Below are positions 29,303 to 39,672 of a stretch of 64,000 bases of DNA, piece by piece. A program made the translations under genes and the position numbers. This DNA comes from Candidatus Thorarchaeota archaeon (GTDB lineage: Archaea; Asgardarchaeota; Thorarchaeia; Thorarchaeales; Thorarchaeaceae), in NCBI GenBank assembly GCA_016933575.1, contig JAFGAR010000028.1:156530-220529 (forward strand). Reading direction: 5' to 3'. Below the pieces are notes generated by a model. It was given only the letters and a program-made list of their open reading frames with translations, had not been told where the DNA came from and did not search any database. Position 1 is the stretch's first letter. Each line of letters starts with the position of its first letter.

Positions 29303-29361
29303 GTTCAAGTTTTTAGAAGAGTTAAGTAGGATGATTACTCTCGTTAGGTCGAAGTAAGACA

Positions 29362-30189
29362 TCATAATTCAGAATGTCTTTCATCTGAATCGAGTTCTTT
29401 TAATTTTTGGAGAATTGTGTTCTTCAATCCTCGAATCTTTTGAATAGCAGGAGTGTTTTCATCGAGGTCTATTGGAGCAGTTGCAAGACGATCTGCCGTT
29501 CGGATGTTTTCATCATATGGAATAATGCCTAAAAGAGGAATATTGTGTGATTCGAGTATACTCTCTATGAAGTGCTCATCCTCTGTATTCATGACCTTAT
29601 TCCCTATTGCGAAGACTCTGTTGAGTCCAATATCTGCTGCTAAGCCTCTAATTCTATCGATGGTATCAAGGGACCTTCTTCCGGGCTCCACTACAGCTAG
29701 GAGTATGTCCATGCCCTTTGTTGTACCGCGTCCAAGATTCTCAATCCCAGCATCCATGTCCATGATGAAAGCTTCATCACTCTCAAGACTCAAATGGCCA
29801 ATGAGAGCTTTTAGCAATGCTGCTGAGGGGCACATACAACCTTGTCCCCCCATGTTGACGGTGCCAGCAACAAGTAAGCTCACATTATCAGGACCTTCAA
29901 CAGCATGAAGGGCTGTTAGGTCGTCAACACTTGGGCGAACTTGAAAGAAATTTCCCAGAACCTCAACCCATTTCATATCAGTTTTTGCACGAACTAGTTC
30001 CTCATTCTCCAAAAGCGGTTCGATACCACTAGCCACATCTTCGTCAATTCCAATTGCTGACCATAGATTGTAATTTGGGTCAGCATCTATTGCTAGTATC
30101 CTAAAACCATCCCGACCAAGTAGCCGGGCGAGGGTTCCAGTAATTGTGGTCTTGCCAACGCCGCCTTTGCCAGTGACTGCAATCTTCAT
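29362..30189 (-). CDS. CooC/AcsF-type MinD-family nickel-insertion ATPase
   Basis: It has the deviant Walker A KIAVTGKGGVGKTT and the CooC-type CxC motif GGQGCMCP. Confidence 0.8.
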   Translation of the reverse strand: MKIAVTGKGGVGKTTITGTLARLLGRDGFRILAIDADPNYNLWSAIGIDEDVASGIEPLLENEELVRAKTDMKWVEVLGNFFQVRPSVDDLTALHAVEGPDNVSLLVAGTVNMGGQGCMCPSAALLKALIGHLSLESDEAFIMDMDAGIENLGRGTTKGMDILLAVVEPGRRSLDTIDRIRGLAADIGLNRVFAIGNKVMNTEDEHFIESILESHNIPLLGIIPYDENIRTADRLATAPIDLDENTPAIQKIRGLKNTILQKLKELDSDERHSEL

Positions 30190-30262
30190 CAGTTAGAAGT
30201 AAGTTCATCATCAATAAGAGACTGTTGGTCTGAAATCTTCAGTTAATGAGATTCTGTCAAAT

Positions 30263-30853
30263 CTACTGCAGAAGGATTAGACTCACATACAAAATTACGA
30301 TGGGGACTAGGAAACATACTAGTGCCTCAATAACTCTCGATTTGTTTTTTACAAATGGAATCAAGAAACCTACCCTATCGCGATAGGTATCCCATTCAGA
30401 TTCATACAATTTCTTCAGATAGTTTTCTTCGATCCATGCGATTCCGACATATGCACCTAGCATCGCTATCCAGAGTAACATTGTTTCCCAATCACTCAAC
30501 CAACCTATACCCAAGGTATGATGTAAAATCCAAACACTCTGATAAGTTAGAATGGCTGTAAATATTGTCACACTGAAATATTGAGGGTGGCGTACAAATC
30601 TATAAGGTCCGGTAGTGACAAGTCCTGTCTGTTTCTTACGACGCCAGAGATATAGAACACAGTATAACAGGAGTAGTAGTGGCCCAAATATTGCTACTAG
30701 ATTATAGATATCACTGGGATATACTGTTGATTGCAAATTACCAATCAGTCCGATCAGATATAGTAGAAATGGCAGAGTCATGATTCCACCCCAGAACGGA
30801 GGGATTGAAGAAGCAAGAGGAAGTAAATAGCTTGTCGCACTAAGTATACCCAT
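30263..30853 (-). CDS. isoprenylcysteine carboxyl / phospholipid methyltransferase-family membrane protein
   Basis: The product is polytopic and has the GPYRFVRHPQYFS motif typical of ICMT/PEMT-family enzymes. Confidence 0.7.
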   Translation of the reverse strand: MGILSATSYLLPLASSIPPFWGGIMTLPFLLYLIGLIGNLQSTVYPSDIYNLVAIFGPLLLLLYCVLYLWRRKKQTGLVTTGPYRFVRHPQYFSVTIFTAILTYQSVWILHHTLGIGWLSDWETMLLWIAMLGAYVGIAWIEENYLKKLYESEWDTYRDRVGFLIPFVKNKSRVIEALVCFLVPIVILYVSLILLQ

Positions 30854-31077
30854 TTTTACTGTTCACTCTTATCACCACTTCGTAGTTCTGGATCATTTAC
30901 GTCACTCATATTCTTCGCCAGTCGAGCTGTAATCTGGGATTAGATAAATAATAGTATCTGCGTAGTTGGCAGGATATACATCATTAGTTACAAAACCAAA
31001 TGAGTACTCCATATGTTTCAACCAGAAGTCCATAACAATAGTTAATAGCATCTACTACTATATTCCTTAGAACAGAT

Positions 31078-33183
31078 ATGAAACAGACTGAGAAAGAAAG
31101 AAGAACTAATAGGCTTGCCTTGGAGAAGAGTCCTTACTTACTTCAGCATGCGACCAATCCTGTTGATTGGTATCCTTGGAATGATGAAGCTTTTGAGAGA
31201 GCAAAAAAGGAGAATAAACCAATCTTTCTTTCTATTGGATACAGTACATGCCATTGGTGTCACGTAATGGCTCACGAGTCCTTCGAAGACGACGAAGTGG
31301 CGGGTATTATGAATGACACCTTTGTTAATATCAAAGTGGACCGTGAGGAGAGACCAGATATCGACGGAGTGTACATGCAAGTTGCCCAGATGACTACAGG
31401 CCGAGGCGGATGGCCACTCACCATTATCATGACGCCGGACAAGAAACCATTCTTTGCGGGTACGTACATTCCAAAAAAAACAAGGTACGATACAATTGGT
31501 ATGCTTGATCTTATACCACGAATTTCTCAGTTATGGGGTCAGGATCAAGAAAATATTAGCGAAGTGACGAAGAGGATCGAAACAGCCCTAGCTGGAACAA
31601 CTGCGAGTGAAGCAGGAACTGATCTTAAAGAAGATGCAATTCAAGAGGCTTTCAGTCAGTTTTCACAGAGATACGATGAGAAAAATGGCGGATTTGGAAC
31701 TGCACCAAAATTTCCCTCACCTCATAATCTAATGTTTCTACTCAGATACTGGAAAAGGTCAGATGATGCGTGGGCACTGAAGATGGTGGAACATACTCTG
31801 ATTGAGATGCGTAAAGGCGGAATCTTTGACCATGTTGGTTTTGGTTTTCATAGATATTCCACAGATGCTAATTGGATGCTTCCTCACTTTGAGAAGATGC
31901 TCTATGACCAGGCTAGTTTGATGGCAATTTATGCTGAAGTATATCAAATCACAAAAAATCCCCTTTTCAAACAGGTTGTACTTGAGATCTATGAGTATCT
32001 AACACGAGACCTGATGCATAAAGATGGTGTGTTTTATTCTGCTGTAGATGCTGACAGTGAGGGAGTAGAAGGCAAATTCTATGTCTGGACTCAACAGGAA
32101 CTCAAAGAAATTTTAGAGCCTAACGAGTATGAATTGGCAATAAATCTGTTCAATATAAAGGAAGAAGGCAATTTCAGAGATGAAGCTACTGGTGAGGAAA
32201 CTAGACAGAATATCCCATACCTCAGAACGGATGTTCAAGACCTAGTAAAAGCGATGAAGATTAATCCTGAAGAGGCAAGAGAAAGGGTAGAGATAGTTAG
32301 ACAAAAAATGTTCAAGAAACGCGAAACGAGGATTCACCCGCACACAGATGAAAAGATACTTGCTGATTGGAATGGTTATATGATCTCCTCGCTTGCGAAA
32401 GCAGGCGCAATCCTGAACAATCAGAAGCTTGTTGAGACCGCAGAAAAAGCTATGAACTTTGTTTTGGAGAATCTAAGAGATGACAGGGGAAATCTCTTTC
32501 ATAGATATCGCGAAGGAGAGACCGCTCATAGAGCCTTTCTTGATGATTATGCATATTTGGTCATGGGACTTATTGACCTCTATGAGGCTACATTCAAGCC
32601 ATTATATCTCAAACTCGCCAAAACACTAAATCAGGACATGTTAGACCATTTCTGGGATGAAAAGGAAGGTGGACTCTTCTTCACAGGCACATATTCAGAA
32701 GAGTTGATTGTGCGAAGAAAAGATGCATATGACGGAGCAATACCATCTGGGAACTCAATTGCAATGTCTAATCTCATTCGACTTGCAAGACTCCTTGGAG
32801 ATAGTGAATTAGAAGACAGAGCAATTGAAATCAGTAGAGTCTTTTCAAATGATATCAATAGAATGCATTCAGCTTACTCGATGATGTTGCTTGCCCTTGA
32901 TTTCATGATTGGACCATCATTCGAGATAGTAATTGCAGGAAAACCAGAGAATAAGGACACACAGAATATGATAGATGCGATTCGTGACAGATTTATCCCA
33001 AGAAAAGTCATTCTTCTAAGAGGAACTCCAGAGCTATCAAAATCGATAACACAGCTTGCCCCATTCAGTAAATATCACGAACCAATCCAAGGCAAAGCAA
33101 CTGCTCATGTGTGTGTAGATCATAACTGTAGATTGCCTACAACAGATGTTCAGCAGATGCTAGTGCTACTTGGTGAAGAATAG
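31078..33183 (+). CDS. thioredoxin-domain protein of the DUF255/YyaL family with alpha/alpha-toroid C-terminal domain
   Basis: [47 protein letters not shown] is the hallmark N-terminus of this family. Length is 701 aa. Confidence 0.85.
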   Translation: MKQTEKERRTNRLALEKSPYLLQHATNPVDWYPWNDEAFERAKKENKPIFLSIGYSTCHWCHVMAHESFEDDEVAGIMNDTFVNIKVDREERPDIDGVYMQVAQMTTGRGGWPLTIIMTPDKKPFFAGTYIPKKTRYDTIGMLDLIPRISQLWGQDQENISEVTKRIETALAGTTASEAGTDLKEDAIQEAFSQFSQRYDEKNGGFGTAPKFPSPHNLMFLLRYWKRSDDAWALKMVEHTLIEMRKGGIFDHVGFGFHRYSTDANWMLPHFEKMLYDQASLMAIYAEVYQITKNPLFKQVVLEIYEYLTRDLMHKDGVFYSAVDADSEGVEGKFYVWTQQELKEILEPNEYELAINLFNIKEEGNFRDEATGEETRQNIPYLRTDVQDLVKAMKINPEEARERVEIVRQKMFKKRETRIHPHTDEKILADWNGYMISSLAKAGAILNNQKLVETAEKAMNFVLENLRDDRGNLFHRYREGETAHRAFLDDYAYLVMGLIDLYEATFKPLYLKLAKTLNQDMLDHFWDEKEGGLFFTGTYSEELIVRRKDAYDGAIPSGNSIAMSNLIRLARLLGDSELEDRAIEISRVFSNDINRMHSAYSMMLLALDFMIGPSFEIVIAGKPENKDTQNMIDAIRDRFIPRKVILLRGTPELSKSITQLAPFSKYHEPIQGKATAHVCVDHNCRLPTTDVQQMLVLLGEE

Positions 33184-33193
33184 TCACAGGATT

Positions 33194-34675
33194 TTATTGA
33201 GATGGCTTTTTCCGAGTCCACCAGATCAGGACAACAACTGCAACAACAATTGCTCCTCCTGCAAAGGCAATCACAGGACCATACAATGTAAGAAAATTGT
33301 TTGGCCAGATTTTTTCCAATGCCAATCCAGCATCTCTCCAAGAGTCCGCGATTCCAAGAAGATTTGCACAGATGTCGTTCAGATCGTCACTATAGGGTGC
33401 AAAGGCTGCGTCAATGTTTCCGGTCGCATTGTATGACTCTGCGATAGCTTTGAATGTTGTCGCAACATATCCTGTTATCTGAGTAAAGTTTGTAGGATAT
33501 ATGAGAGTTGAATTATCTACGATTTCTTCAAAGTATGGAAGAGCTCGGTCTCCAGCTTCTATGAATTCAGATAGGTTCGTATCAGTCATTAGAGTAGGAA
33601 GACTAGCTAATGCAGCTCTATAGGATAGATATTGCAGAGTTACTTGAGCTTCAAGCCCTAGTCCAATGAAAAGAATAGCGGCAGATTTGAACTGAACTTC
33701 GTCCTGAATGCCATCAAAGACATTCAAGTATGATTTGATTCCAGCTTCATCCATATCCTCACTCATTGTTCGAAATGCCATTTCTCCAAATTTCCCATAA
33801 TATGCATTTGCACTATTTGGGGAGTAGATGGTTCCAACACCCAGAAGCTTGTCACGTATCAGAGGACCTAATGAATCGTCAACAGAGGCAAGCGCTGGAC
33901 CAGATGGCAAGAATGTATTGGAGATGTAGTACCGATTCGACCATGCATTGTTTAATGCGGTGTAGGTGATTTTTGTGTAGTTACCACGCCCATCAATAGG
34001 GTAACCAAAGTCATCACCAAAAGACCCAACGCCGGGGTCAATAATTGTCGCAGTACCTTCAGTATCATTGTATCCCACAATGAGTATTCCATGACCACCA
34101 CCACTGAGGTCTGCCTCTCTGAGGATATCATAATCTGATGCAGGAAGCCATGTTGGATCGACGCTGACCAAGAGAGGATAACCTGAATCAATAGTTGTCC
34201 GCATTAGATCAAAAGCATCATCTTCACCATGGATTATGCCTACTGTTAGTCCTTCACTCTCCCAGACTTGGATATTCTGCTCGACATAAGGAACAGTATC
34301 TCCAAGGTAAATTGTATAGTTGACACCATAGAGATCTGCTAGGAATTTTGTTGGTTCAGCTTGAGTATAGAGAGCACCGGGGAACATTAGGAGTGTGTCA
34401 TTGATTTGAAAATATGCGAAGGAGAAACCTACTGTTGTTGCTGCGAGTACATCATGCAAATCCAATTGGACTCCCGCATATTGCATAGCCATAGCTGTCG
34501 CGGCCCAGGCACAAAGACCGTTAATCTCTTGCCACACATAAGATGTCGCTGGCAATAATCCTTCATCAGATTGGACAAATGTTGTGGAGGATTGTTCGTT
34601 TGATGAGATTCCAGCAATTTGGGGTGTGATCAAGATAAGAGCTGTTAACATAACAAGTAGGGCCAATTTTCTCAT
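33194..34675 (-). CDS. secreted, C-terminally membrane-anchored papain-fold (C39-like) cysteine peptidase
   Basis: It has an N-terminal signal peptide (MRKLALLVMLTALILITPQIAG). Candidate catalytic residues are Cys in NGLCAWAATAMAMQYAG and His in GGGHGILIVGYND. There are many N-x-S/T sequons. The C-terminal TM is followed by a basic stop-transfer sequence (IVVAVVVLIWWTRKK). Confidence 0.6.
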   Translation of the reverse strand: MRKLALLVMLTALILITPQIAGISSNEQSSTTFVQSDEGLLPATSYVWQEINGLCAWAATAMAMQYAGVQLDLHDVLAATTVGFSFAYFQINDTLLMFPGALYTQAEPTKFLADLYGVNYTIYLGDTVPYVEQNIQVWESEGLTVGIIHGEDDAFDLMRTTIDSGYPLLVSVDPTWLPASDYDILREADLSGGGHGILIVGYNDTEGTATIIDPGVGSFGDDFGYPIDGRGNYTKITYTALNNAWSNRYYISNTFLPSGPALASVDDSLGPLIRDKLLGVGTIYSPNSANAYYGKFGEMAFRTMSEDMDEAGIKSYLNVFDGIQDEVQFKSAAILFIGLGLEAQVTLQYLSYRAALASLPTLMTDTNLSEFIEAGDRALPYFEEIVDNSTLIYPTNFTQITGYVATTFKAIAESYNATGNIDAAFAPYSDDLNDICANLLGIADSWRDAGLALEKIWPNNFLTLYGPVIAFAGGAIVVAVVVLIWWTRKKPSQ

Positions 34676-34749
34676 GAGCGATTCTCCATATTTATCTCAA
34701 GTTAGAGATATCATAAGCTTGTCGATAGTATACCCTTTGTCCGATTAGT

Positions 34750-35238
34750 GTGAAATCCAGACTGACAACAATTATTTCTCCCTTTGTAAATCAATTAATT
34801 ATTCTGGAGGAACAATCTCAAGTGAAGCCTAACAATATCCTTGTGGCTGCATTTCTACTAGTCATCATCGGGGTAGCACTTGCCGCTGTATATTTTGACG
34901 ACTTTCAGGGAGTTGTCCCGGGTAGTATAGATACGAACGCTACATTTTCAGGCAATATACAATATGAGGGTGAAACAAGATGTCACTCTATCCGAGTCCA
35001 AGAAAATGCTACGAGAATTCATTGTATCTTGACTTGTGGTGGAAGTGATTTTGATCTTTACGGTAGACTAAGTGTGACTCCTACAACCTTTGAGTATGAT
35101 TTTCGGGGTTATGAGAGCGGCGGGGAGGATCTCTATTATGATGAACCAGCAGAGGGCATCTGGCACCTTATGGTCAGGTCATATTCCGGAATTGGTCATT
35201 ACGACTTGATGATAGAAATCGAATATAGCTCATTATAG
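34750..35238 (+). CDS. membrane-anchored pre-peptidase C-terminal (PPC)-like domain protein
   Basis: GTG start and a single TM (ILVAAFLLVIIGVALAAVYF). A ~100-aa beta-rich domain follows, with GGSDFDLYG and WHLMVRSYSG patterns reminiscent of PPC domains. It ends 28 nt upstream of the radical SAM gene. Confidence 0.5.
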   Translation: MKSRLTTIISPFVNQLIILEEQSQVKPNNILVAAFLLVIIGVALAAVYFDDFQGVVPGSIDTNATFSGNIQYEGETRCHSIRVQENATRIHCILTCGGSDFDLYGRLSVTPTTFEYDFRGYESGGEDLYYDEPAEGIWHLMVRSYSGIGHYDLMIEIEYSSL

Positions 35239-35266
35239 AACAATTCGTTCACGAAAGGCAAACTTT

Positions 35267-36394
35267 ATGCAATGTTCAGAAGTTGTGCTGTTACCAAGGA
35301 GTAAGAGTTTCTTGAATTATCACCTCATATTGACAAGAAGATGTAACCTGAACTGTGCCTATTGTCATGGAGGAGAAGAGACAGGTCCAGATACCGAGAT
35401 TAGTTATTCTCTTGATGAACTCATTGCCTTTCTGAAGAAGGATCAAGATATCCAATTGATGCTTTATGGAGGTGAACCAACACTTCGTATTCCACTTATT
35501 GTAGAGCTAATGGATACCTTTCCGAATGCACGATTTATGCTTCAGACAAATGCACTCCTCATGAATAATATCCCTAGAGAATATGTAAACAGGTTCCACT
35601 CGATACTTGTTTCAATTGACGGACCTGAAAATGTGACTGATGGATACAGATCCAAGGGAGTATACAAACGAGTTCTTGAAAATGTAAGATGGTTGAGACG
35701 GTATAATTTTGCGGGGGATATTGTTGCCCGGATGGCAGTTTCGCAAGAGTCTGATATTTACAGAGATGTTCGTCATCTATTAGAGCTAGGAGACCCATCG
35801 TTTGACCACGTCCATTGGCAATTGAATGCTATCTGGGCGGCTGATGAAAACTGGGTGGATTTTGATGGTTGGATTGAAAAATCATACAATCCAGGAATTA
35901 CCAGATTAGTAACTGAATGGATTGACCGAATGAGTGAGGGAATTGTCGAAGGGATTGTTCCATTCATTCCTATTGCTTATTCGCTTCTCACAGGTCAAGG
36001 GGCTTCTTTGAGATGCGGTTCGGGAATCGATACATTTGCTATCCATGTTGATGGCACTATTGGTGTCTGTCCTATTTCTCCGGATTGGGATTTTTCACTT
36101 GTTGGAGATATCAGAAAAACAGATCCATCAAACTTACGCAGTATAATGAAGGTAGATGAACCATGTCCCTCTTGTGATGTATTTGCTATCTGTGGAGGAA
36201 GATGTCTTTTTGCAAATAAGGAACGTCTCTGGGGTGACATAGGATTCGAGAGGGTCTGCGGGACAGTCAAACACATGATTAACGAAATTAGAGAAAGGAT
36301 ACCTATAATCAGGACGATGATAGATGGAGAAATTATAGCTCTTGAGGATTTTAAATATCCTGAATACAATAATGGGTGTGAAATCATCCCTTAA
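35267..36394 (+). CDS. radical SAM enzyme with C-terminal SPASM domain (peptide/protein maturase-like)
   Basis: The CNLNCAYC cluster motif (CxxxCxxC) lies at nt 35342-35365. An exact SPASM core CPSCDVFAICGGRC (Cx2Cx5Cx3C) lies at nt 36164-36205, preceded by CGSGIDTFAIHVDGTIGVC. Confidence 0.85.
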   Translation: MQCSEVVLLPRSKSFLNYHLILTRRCNLNCAYCHGGEETGPDTEISYSLDELIAFLKKDQDIQLMLYGGEPTLRIPLIVELMDTFPNARFMLQTNALLMNNIPREYVNRFHSILVSIDGPENVTDGYRSKGVYKRVLENVRWLRRYNFAGDIVARMAVSQESDIYRDVRHLLELGDPSFDHVHWQLNAIWAADENWVDFDGWIEKSYNPGITRLVTEWIDRMSEGIVEGIVPFIPIAYSLLTGQGASLRCGSGIDTFAIHVDGTIGVCPISPDWDFSLVGDIRKTDPSNLRSIMKVDEPCPSCDVFAICGGRCLFANKERLWGDIGFERVCGTVKHMINEIRERIPIIRTMIDGEIIALEDFKYPEYNNGCEIIP

Positions 36395-36777
36395 ACATCA
36401 TCATCTACTTGTTCATCAACAAGTTCCTTCTGCATAACCACAATTTCCTCGCCAAGACGTTCAAGACGCCCTGTTTCAGTATAGCCAATTCGTTCATAGA
36501 ATGAAAGCTGCATCTCAACAGCGCCATACACTTCAATCTCAATAACAGTTGCACCCATATGGGACATGCGATTCTCTGCGTACTCGACCAACATGGACCC
36601 AATTCTTCGTCCTCTGAAACTGCTTCGAACAGCAACTCGGGATATCACTCCTACATGTCCACTCAGTCTTACTCGCATAGTACCTACTACATTATCACCG
36701 ACCAATGCAACATATTGATCACCCATCTGAATGTGGCGTGCAATCTTACCAAGACCTTCTTCAAGAGCAGCAGGCAT
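36391..36777 (-). CDS. GNAT-family N-acetyltransferase
   Basis: VAVRSSFRGRRIGSMLVEYAE is acetyl-CoA binding motif A. Length is 128 aa. Its stop overlaps the stop of the convergent radical SAM gene (TTAA, 36391-36394). Confidence 0.75.
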   Translation of the reverse strand: MPAALEEGLGKIARHIQMGDQYVALVGDNVVGTMRVRLSGHVGVISRVAVRSSFRGRRIGSMLVEYAENRMSHMGATVIEIEVYGAVEMQLSFYERIGYTETGRLERLGEEIVVMQKELVDEQVDDDV

Positions 36778-37015
36778 TCTAGAGAGCTGTTTCTTGACTG
36801 GTTCATAAGCTTCAGTGATTATCTCTTTGATGACGTCGACTTCGCTAAGATTTGCACGACGTATGGTGACTTCAGCATAGTTGTAAATTGGAGATTCCTC
36901 CTAATAGATGCAATTCTATTAATTGCAGTTATTAATCATAAATTATTTGGAGCCGGAACAATTTTCTTATTCTGGTCTCAAGATTGAGCTAGAGATTGTA
37001 TGGAGTGACTATGTT

Positions 37016-37501
37016 ATGACTATTACGATTAGACCAACACAAGAAGAAGATTGCGATTGGGTGACAGGAATATTGATTGACAACTGGGCTTCCAATATTG
37101 TAGTAACTAGGGGAATAAGCTACGAGGCTGATCGACTTCCTGGTCTAATCGCTGAAATTGGTGGCAAACCTGTTGGACTCCTCACGTACAGTATAAAGAA
37201 GAGTGAACTAGAAATCATTACGATGAACGCTCTCGAAAAGGGAAAGGGCGTAGGTACAGCCCTAATTGATGAGGTGGAGAAAATTGCCAAGCGGAATGAA
37301 TGCCATCGAATCTGGTTAATCACTACCAATGACAATATTGACGCAATTAGATTCTACCAACGAAGGGGATTTGAAATTGCGAAGGTTCACAGATATGCCA
37401 TTGAAGAATCCCGAAAATTGAAACCTCAACTGCCATCCGTTGGAAAATATGGGATTCCTATTCGAGATGAGATTGAAATGGAAAGAAATCTCGAAGAGTG
37501 A
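37016..37501 (+). CDS. GNAT-family N-acetyltransferase
   Basis: LEKGKGVGTALIDEVEKIAK is motif A, and FYQRRGFE is motif B. The first ATG is at 37016 (MTITIRP), and the ORF opens further upstream at 36923. Confidence 0.75.
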   Translation: MTITIRPTQEEDCDWVTGILIDNWASNIVVTRGISYEADRLPGLIAEIGGKPVGLLTYSIKKSELEIITMNALEKGKGVGTALIDEVEKIAKRNECHRIWLITTNDNIDAIRFYQRRGFEIAKVHRYAIEESRKLKPQLPSVGKYGIPIRDEIEMERNLEE

Positions 37502-37554
37502 AGAAACGTACGTTTAAATTCCTCAAAGTCAAACGAGTGAGAGGAGGCCTTCTA

Positions 37555-37701
37555 ATGGCTGATGAAGAAAAAGATGATGTTGTCGAATCACAAAAACTCA
37601 GTAAGAAAGATAGAAGAGAGATTGAGGAAGGTGCATGTGTGAACTGTGCCTTAGCAAGTTTTATTGTGACGATCTTGATGATGCTTGCAATGGTTCTGTA
37701 G
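37555..37701 (+). CDS. 48-aa tail-anchored small protein
   Basis: ATG 37555 is preceded by GAGGAGG (37541-47). The product has an acidic/basic N-half and a C-terminal TM (CALASFIVTILMMLAMVL). Confidence 0.4.
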   Translation: MADEEKDDVVESQKLSKKDRREIEEGACVNCALASFIVTILMMLAMVL

Positions 37702-37712
37702 ATGGTTGAAAA

Positions 37713-38078
37713 ATGACATTTCTCATAGACCCCTTCCTTCTGATGGGATTCTCAATCATTTCATGTTGGATAGAAAAGCGATTGAAAAATAAGACACAGA
37801 AACCAATAGGAACAATACTAGCAATATTTAGCCTCTGTGTCATCATTTTCACAAGTACATCACTATATCTCAACCTATGGTATATGGATTGGTTCTGGCT
37901 ACCTTTCTCTCCGGTTATTACTTCTGGGAGAGACCTAATGATCAATTCGGGTCTCTTTACTTTTGAATCAGTTAATACAGCAGGACTGATTGATACTCTA
38001 GCAGCAATGCAAATCATTCTTTATCCGCTATGGACATACTTAGGTTTGAGAATTTGGAGAACTAGATACAGAGAATAA
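37713..38078 (+). CDS. small polytopic membrane protein
   Basis: The 121-aa product has 3-4 hydrophobic helices. Confidence 0.5.
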   Translation: MTFLIDPFLLMGFSIISCWIEKRLKNKTQKPIGTILAIFSLCVIIFTSTSLYLNLWYMDWFWLPFSPVITSGRDLMINSGLFTFESVNTAGLIDTLAAMQIILYPLWTYLGLRIWRTRYRE

Positions 38079-38102
38079 AAGATTAGAAAAAAAGAGAAGA
38101 GA

Positions 38103-38121
38103 GAGGGTCGTATGGACCCTC
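38103..38121. terminator. GC-rich hairpin GAGGGTC-GTATG-GACCCTC between convergent genes
   Basis: A perfect 7-bp stem with a 5-nt loop sits midway between the stops at 38078 (+) and 38133 (-). It is preceded by an A-rich tract, which reads as T-rich on the minus strand. Confidence 0.35.
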
Positions 38122-38132
38122 AATAGTATATT

Positions 38133-39533
38133 CTAATCCTCGTCCTCTTCATCTTCACCAAAACGCTTTGCTTTGCCTAAGCGTCTGCTTTTATCAATTG
38201 TAAGACGGTCTGAATCAGGGGCAGAGAGATCGTGTCCAGGTCGACCCTTCTCGATTCCCTCAGCTCGTTCGCTTGGCCAGGTCTTACCGGGTTCTGGAAC
38301 TTTCTTGGAAATATCCTCATCAACTTCATCAGGTGTTAAGACCTTGCCTTCTGCCTTCGCTCTTTCAATAATGCGTTCAGTTCGCTCATGAGTCAGATAA
38401 TAAAGAGCTGTGAAGATTGCTGTAAGTGGGAAGGCAATTAATTTCGCAACGTCCCGGAATAGAAACAAGACAAATGGGTCTGCGAGAATACCAGTCTGGA
38501 ACCAACCACCAATTAGGGTGCCAGGTACTGCTGATACACTGATGATACTGTCAACAAAGAAGAATCCACTGGCTAGGAAGAATGTCAATAATGGACCAAA
38601 GTCACCAGTTCTTGCTCTAGATTCTTCAACTGAGTCAGTTACAGTTCTACCAATGCCACTCATTGCATAAGCTAAGAAGAACAAGGTCATGAAGATATCA
38701 ACAGGACCGAGTCCAGACACTGCGGTTCTGCGCATTACATTGAATAGAAAATATCCTGCATAGATAGATATGAAGATAGTTAGAATCGCAATGTTTAGGG
38801 CAGCTCCTCTACCAGAGTATCTGAGGAATGCTAATAGCATAACTACAGCAAATAAGCCCATTGCGGCATAAGCAATAAGCAGTGTTGTTGCCTGCAATTG
38901 AAGATTAGTAATTGCTTGACCAAGCATTGGTAGTCCTTGAACAATGGTTCCAATCCCTGCAATATCATAAGGAATTAGCCAGACTGCGGCTAAAGCTTCA
39001 ACCGCGATGATTCCAACACCTATTAGCAATATAATGAAACTCCCAATCCCAAGCAGTACTCCTCCTTTCTTTGGTTCAGCAAGAGTTGCGACTCTGAGAC
39101 TAGTCCGAGTAGACAGATATGCTTGGAACGCAATCCACCCAACCCAACAAAGCATAGCGAAGAAGAGAAGTGGAGCGGGACCTGCGAGAATTGATAAAAA
39201 GACAGAGATAGCAAAAGAAACTACCATCCAACTTAATCCTTTCATTTCTGTGACTCTACCACGTCCTCGGCGAGTTATCCAAAGCTTATCCAACTTCAAA
39301 CCAATCAAGAAGCTTCCGAGTCCAAAATAGATTGTACCTGTGGAGCCGATATATGCGAAGAAATAGACTAATGCCAATTCAAAATCGGTGCCAACAGTTA
39401 TTGTCATCAACCACGAAACAAAAAGTGCAAGAAACGTGGTGGCTACGAACACAATAGTATAAGCAAGGTATCTTCGAGTTCGAAAGAACACGCCGAGACC
39501 ACTGATAATTCCTGAGAGAATAGGTATTTGCAA
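38133..39533 (-). CDS. large polytopic membrane protein (about 10-11 TM) with charged C-terminal tail, unknown family
   Basis: The 466-aa translation is dominated by hydrophobic helices and ends in an acidic tail (GEDEEDED). No transporter signature was recognised. Confidence 0.65.
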   Translation of the reverse strand: MQIPILSGIISGLGVFFRTRRYLAYTIVFVATTFLALFVSWLMTITVGTDFELALVYFFAYIGSTGTIYFGLGSFLIGLKLDKLWITRRGRGRVTEMKGLSWMVVSFAISVFLSILAGPAPLLFFAMLCWVGWIAFQAYLSTRTSLRVATLAEPKKGGVLLGIGSFIILLIGVGIIAVEALAAVWLIPYDIAGIGTIVQGLPMLGQAITNLQLQATTLLIAYAAMGLFAVVMLLAFLRYSGRGAALNIAILTIFISIYAGYFLFNVMRRTAVSGLGPVDIFMTLFFLAYAMSGIGRTVTDSVEESRARTGDFGPLLTFFLASGFFFVDSIISVSAVPGTLIGGWFQTGILADPFVLFLFRDVAKLIAFPLTAIFTALYYLTHERTERIIERAKAEGKVLTPDEVDEDISKKVPEPGKTWPSERAEGIEKGRPGHDLSAPDSDRLTIDKSRRLGKAKRFGEDEEDED

Positions 39534-39672
39534 TACAGCAACCTCCCTTGTTAGTTCTCGTAAGTAGCTGGAAGGATTTAAGCCTTCGGAGAATATAGTT
39601 TCTATTTCTCTGGTGAAAGATAATAAGGTAATATTTCTATCAATAATAGCCTCATAGGGAGTTGAGCACCCA

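Noticed and set aside
30854-31077. 17-codon upstream ORF (MSDVNDPELRSGDKSEQ) on the minus strand just before the methyltransferase gene.
   Set aside because: It is too short to evaluate, has no ribosome-binding site, and could arise by chance.
37555-37572. Identical MADEEK N-termini in the small tail-anchored protein (37555) and the membrane protein at 8274.
   Set aside because: Six residues of low-complexity acidic sequence. The remainder of the two proteins is unrelated, so this is most likely coincidence.
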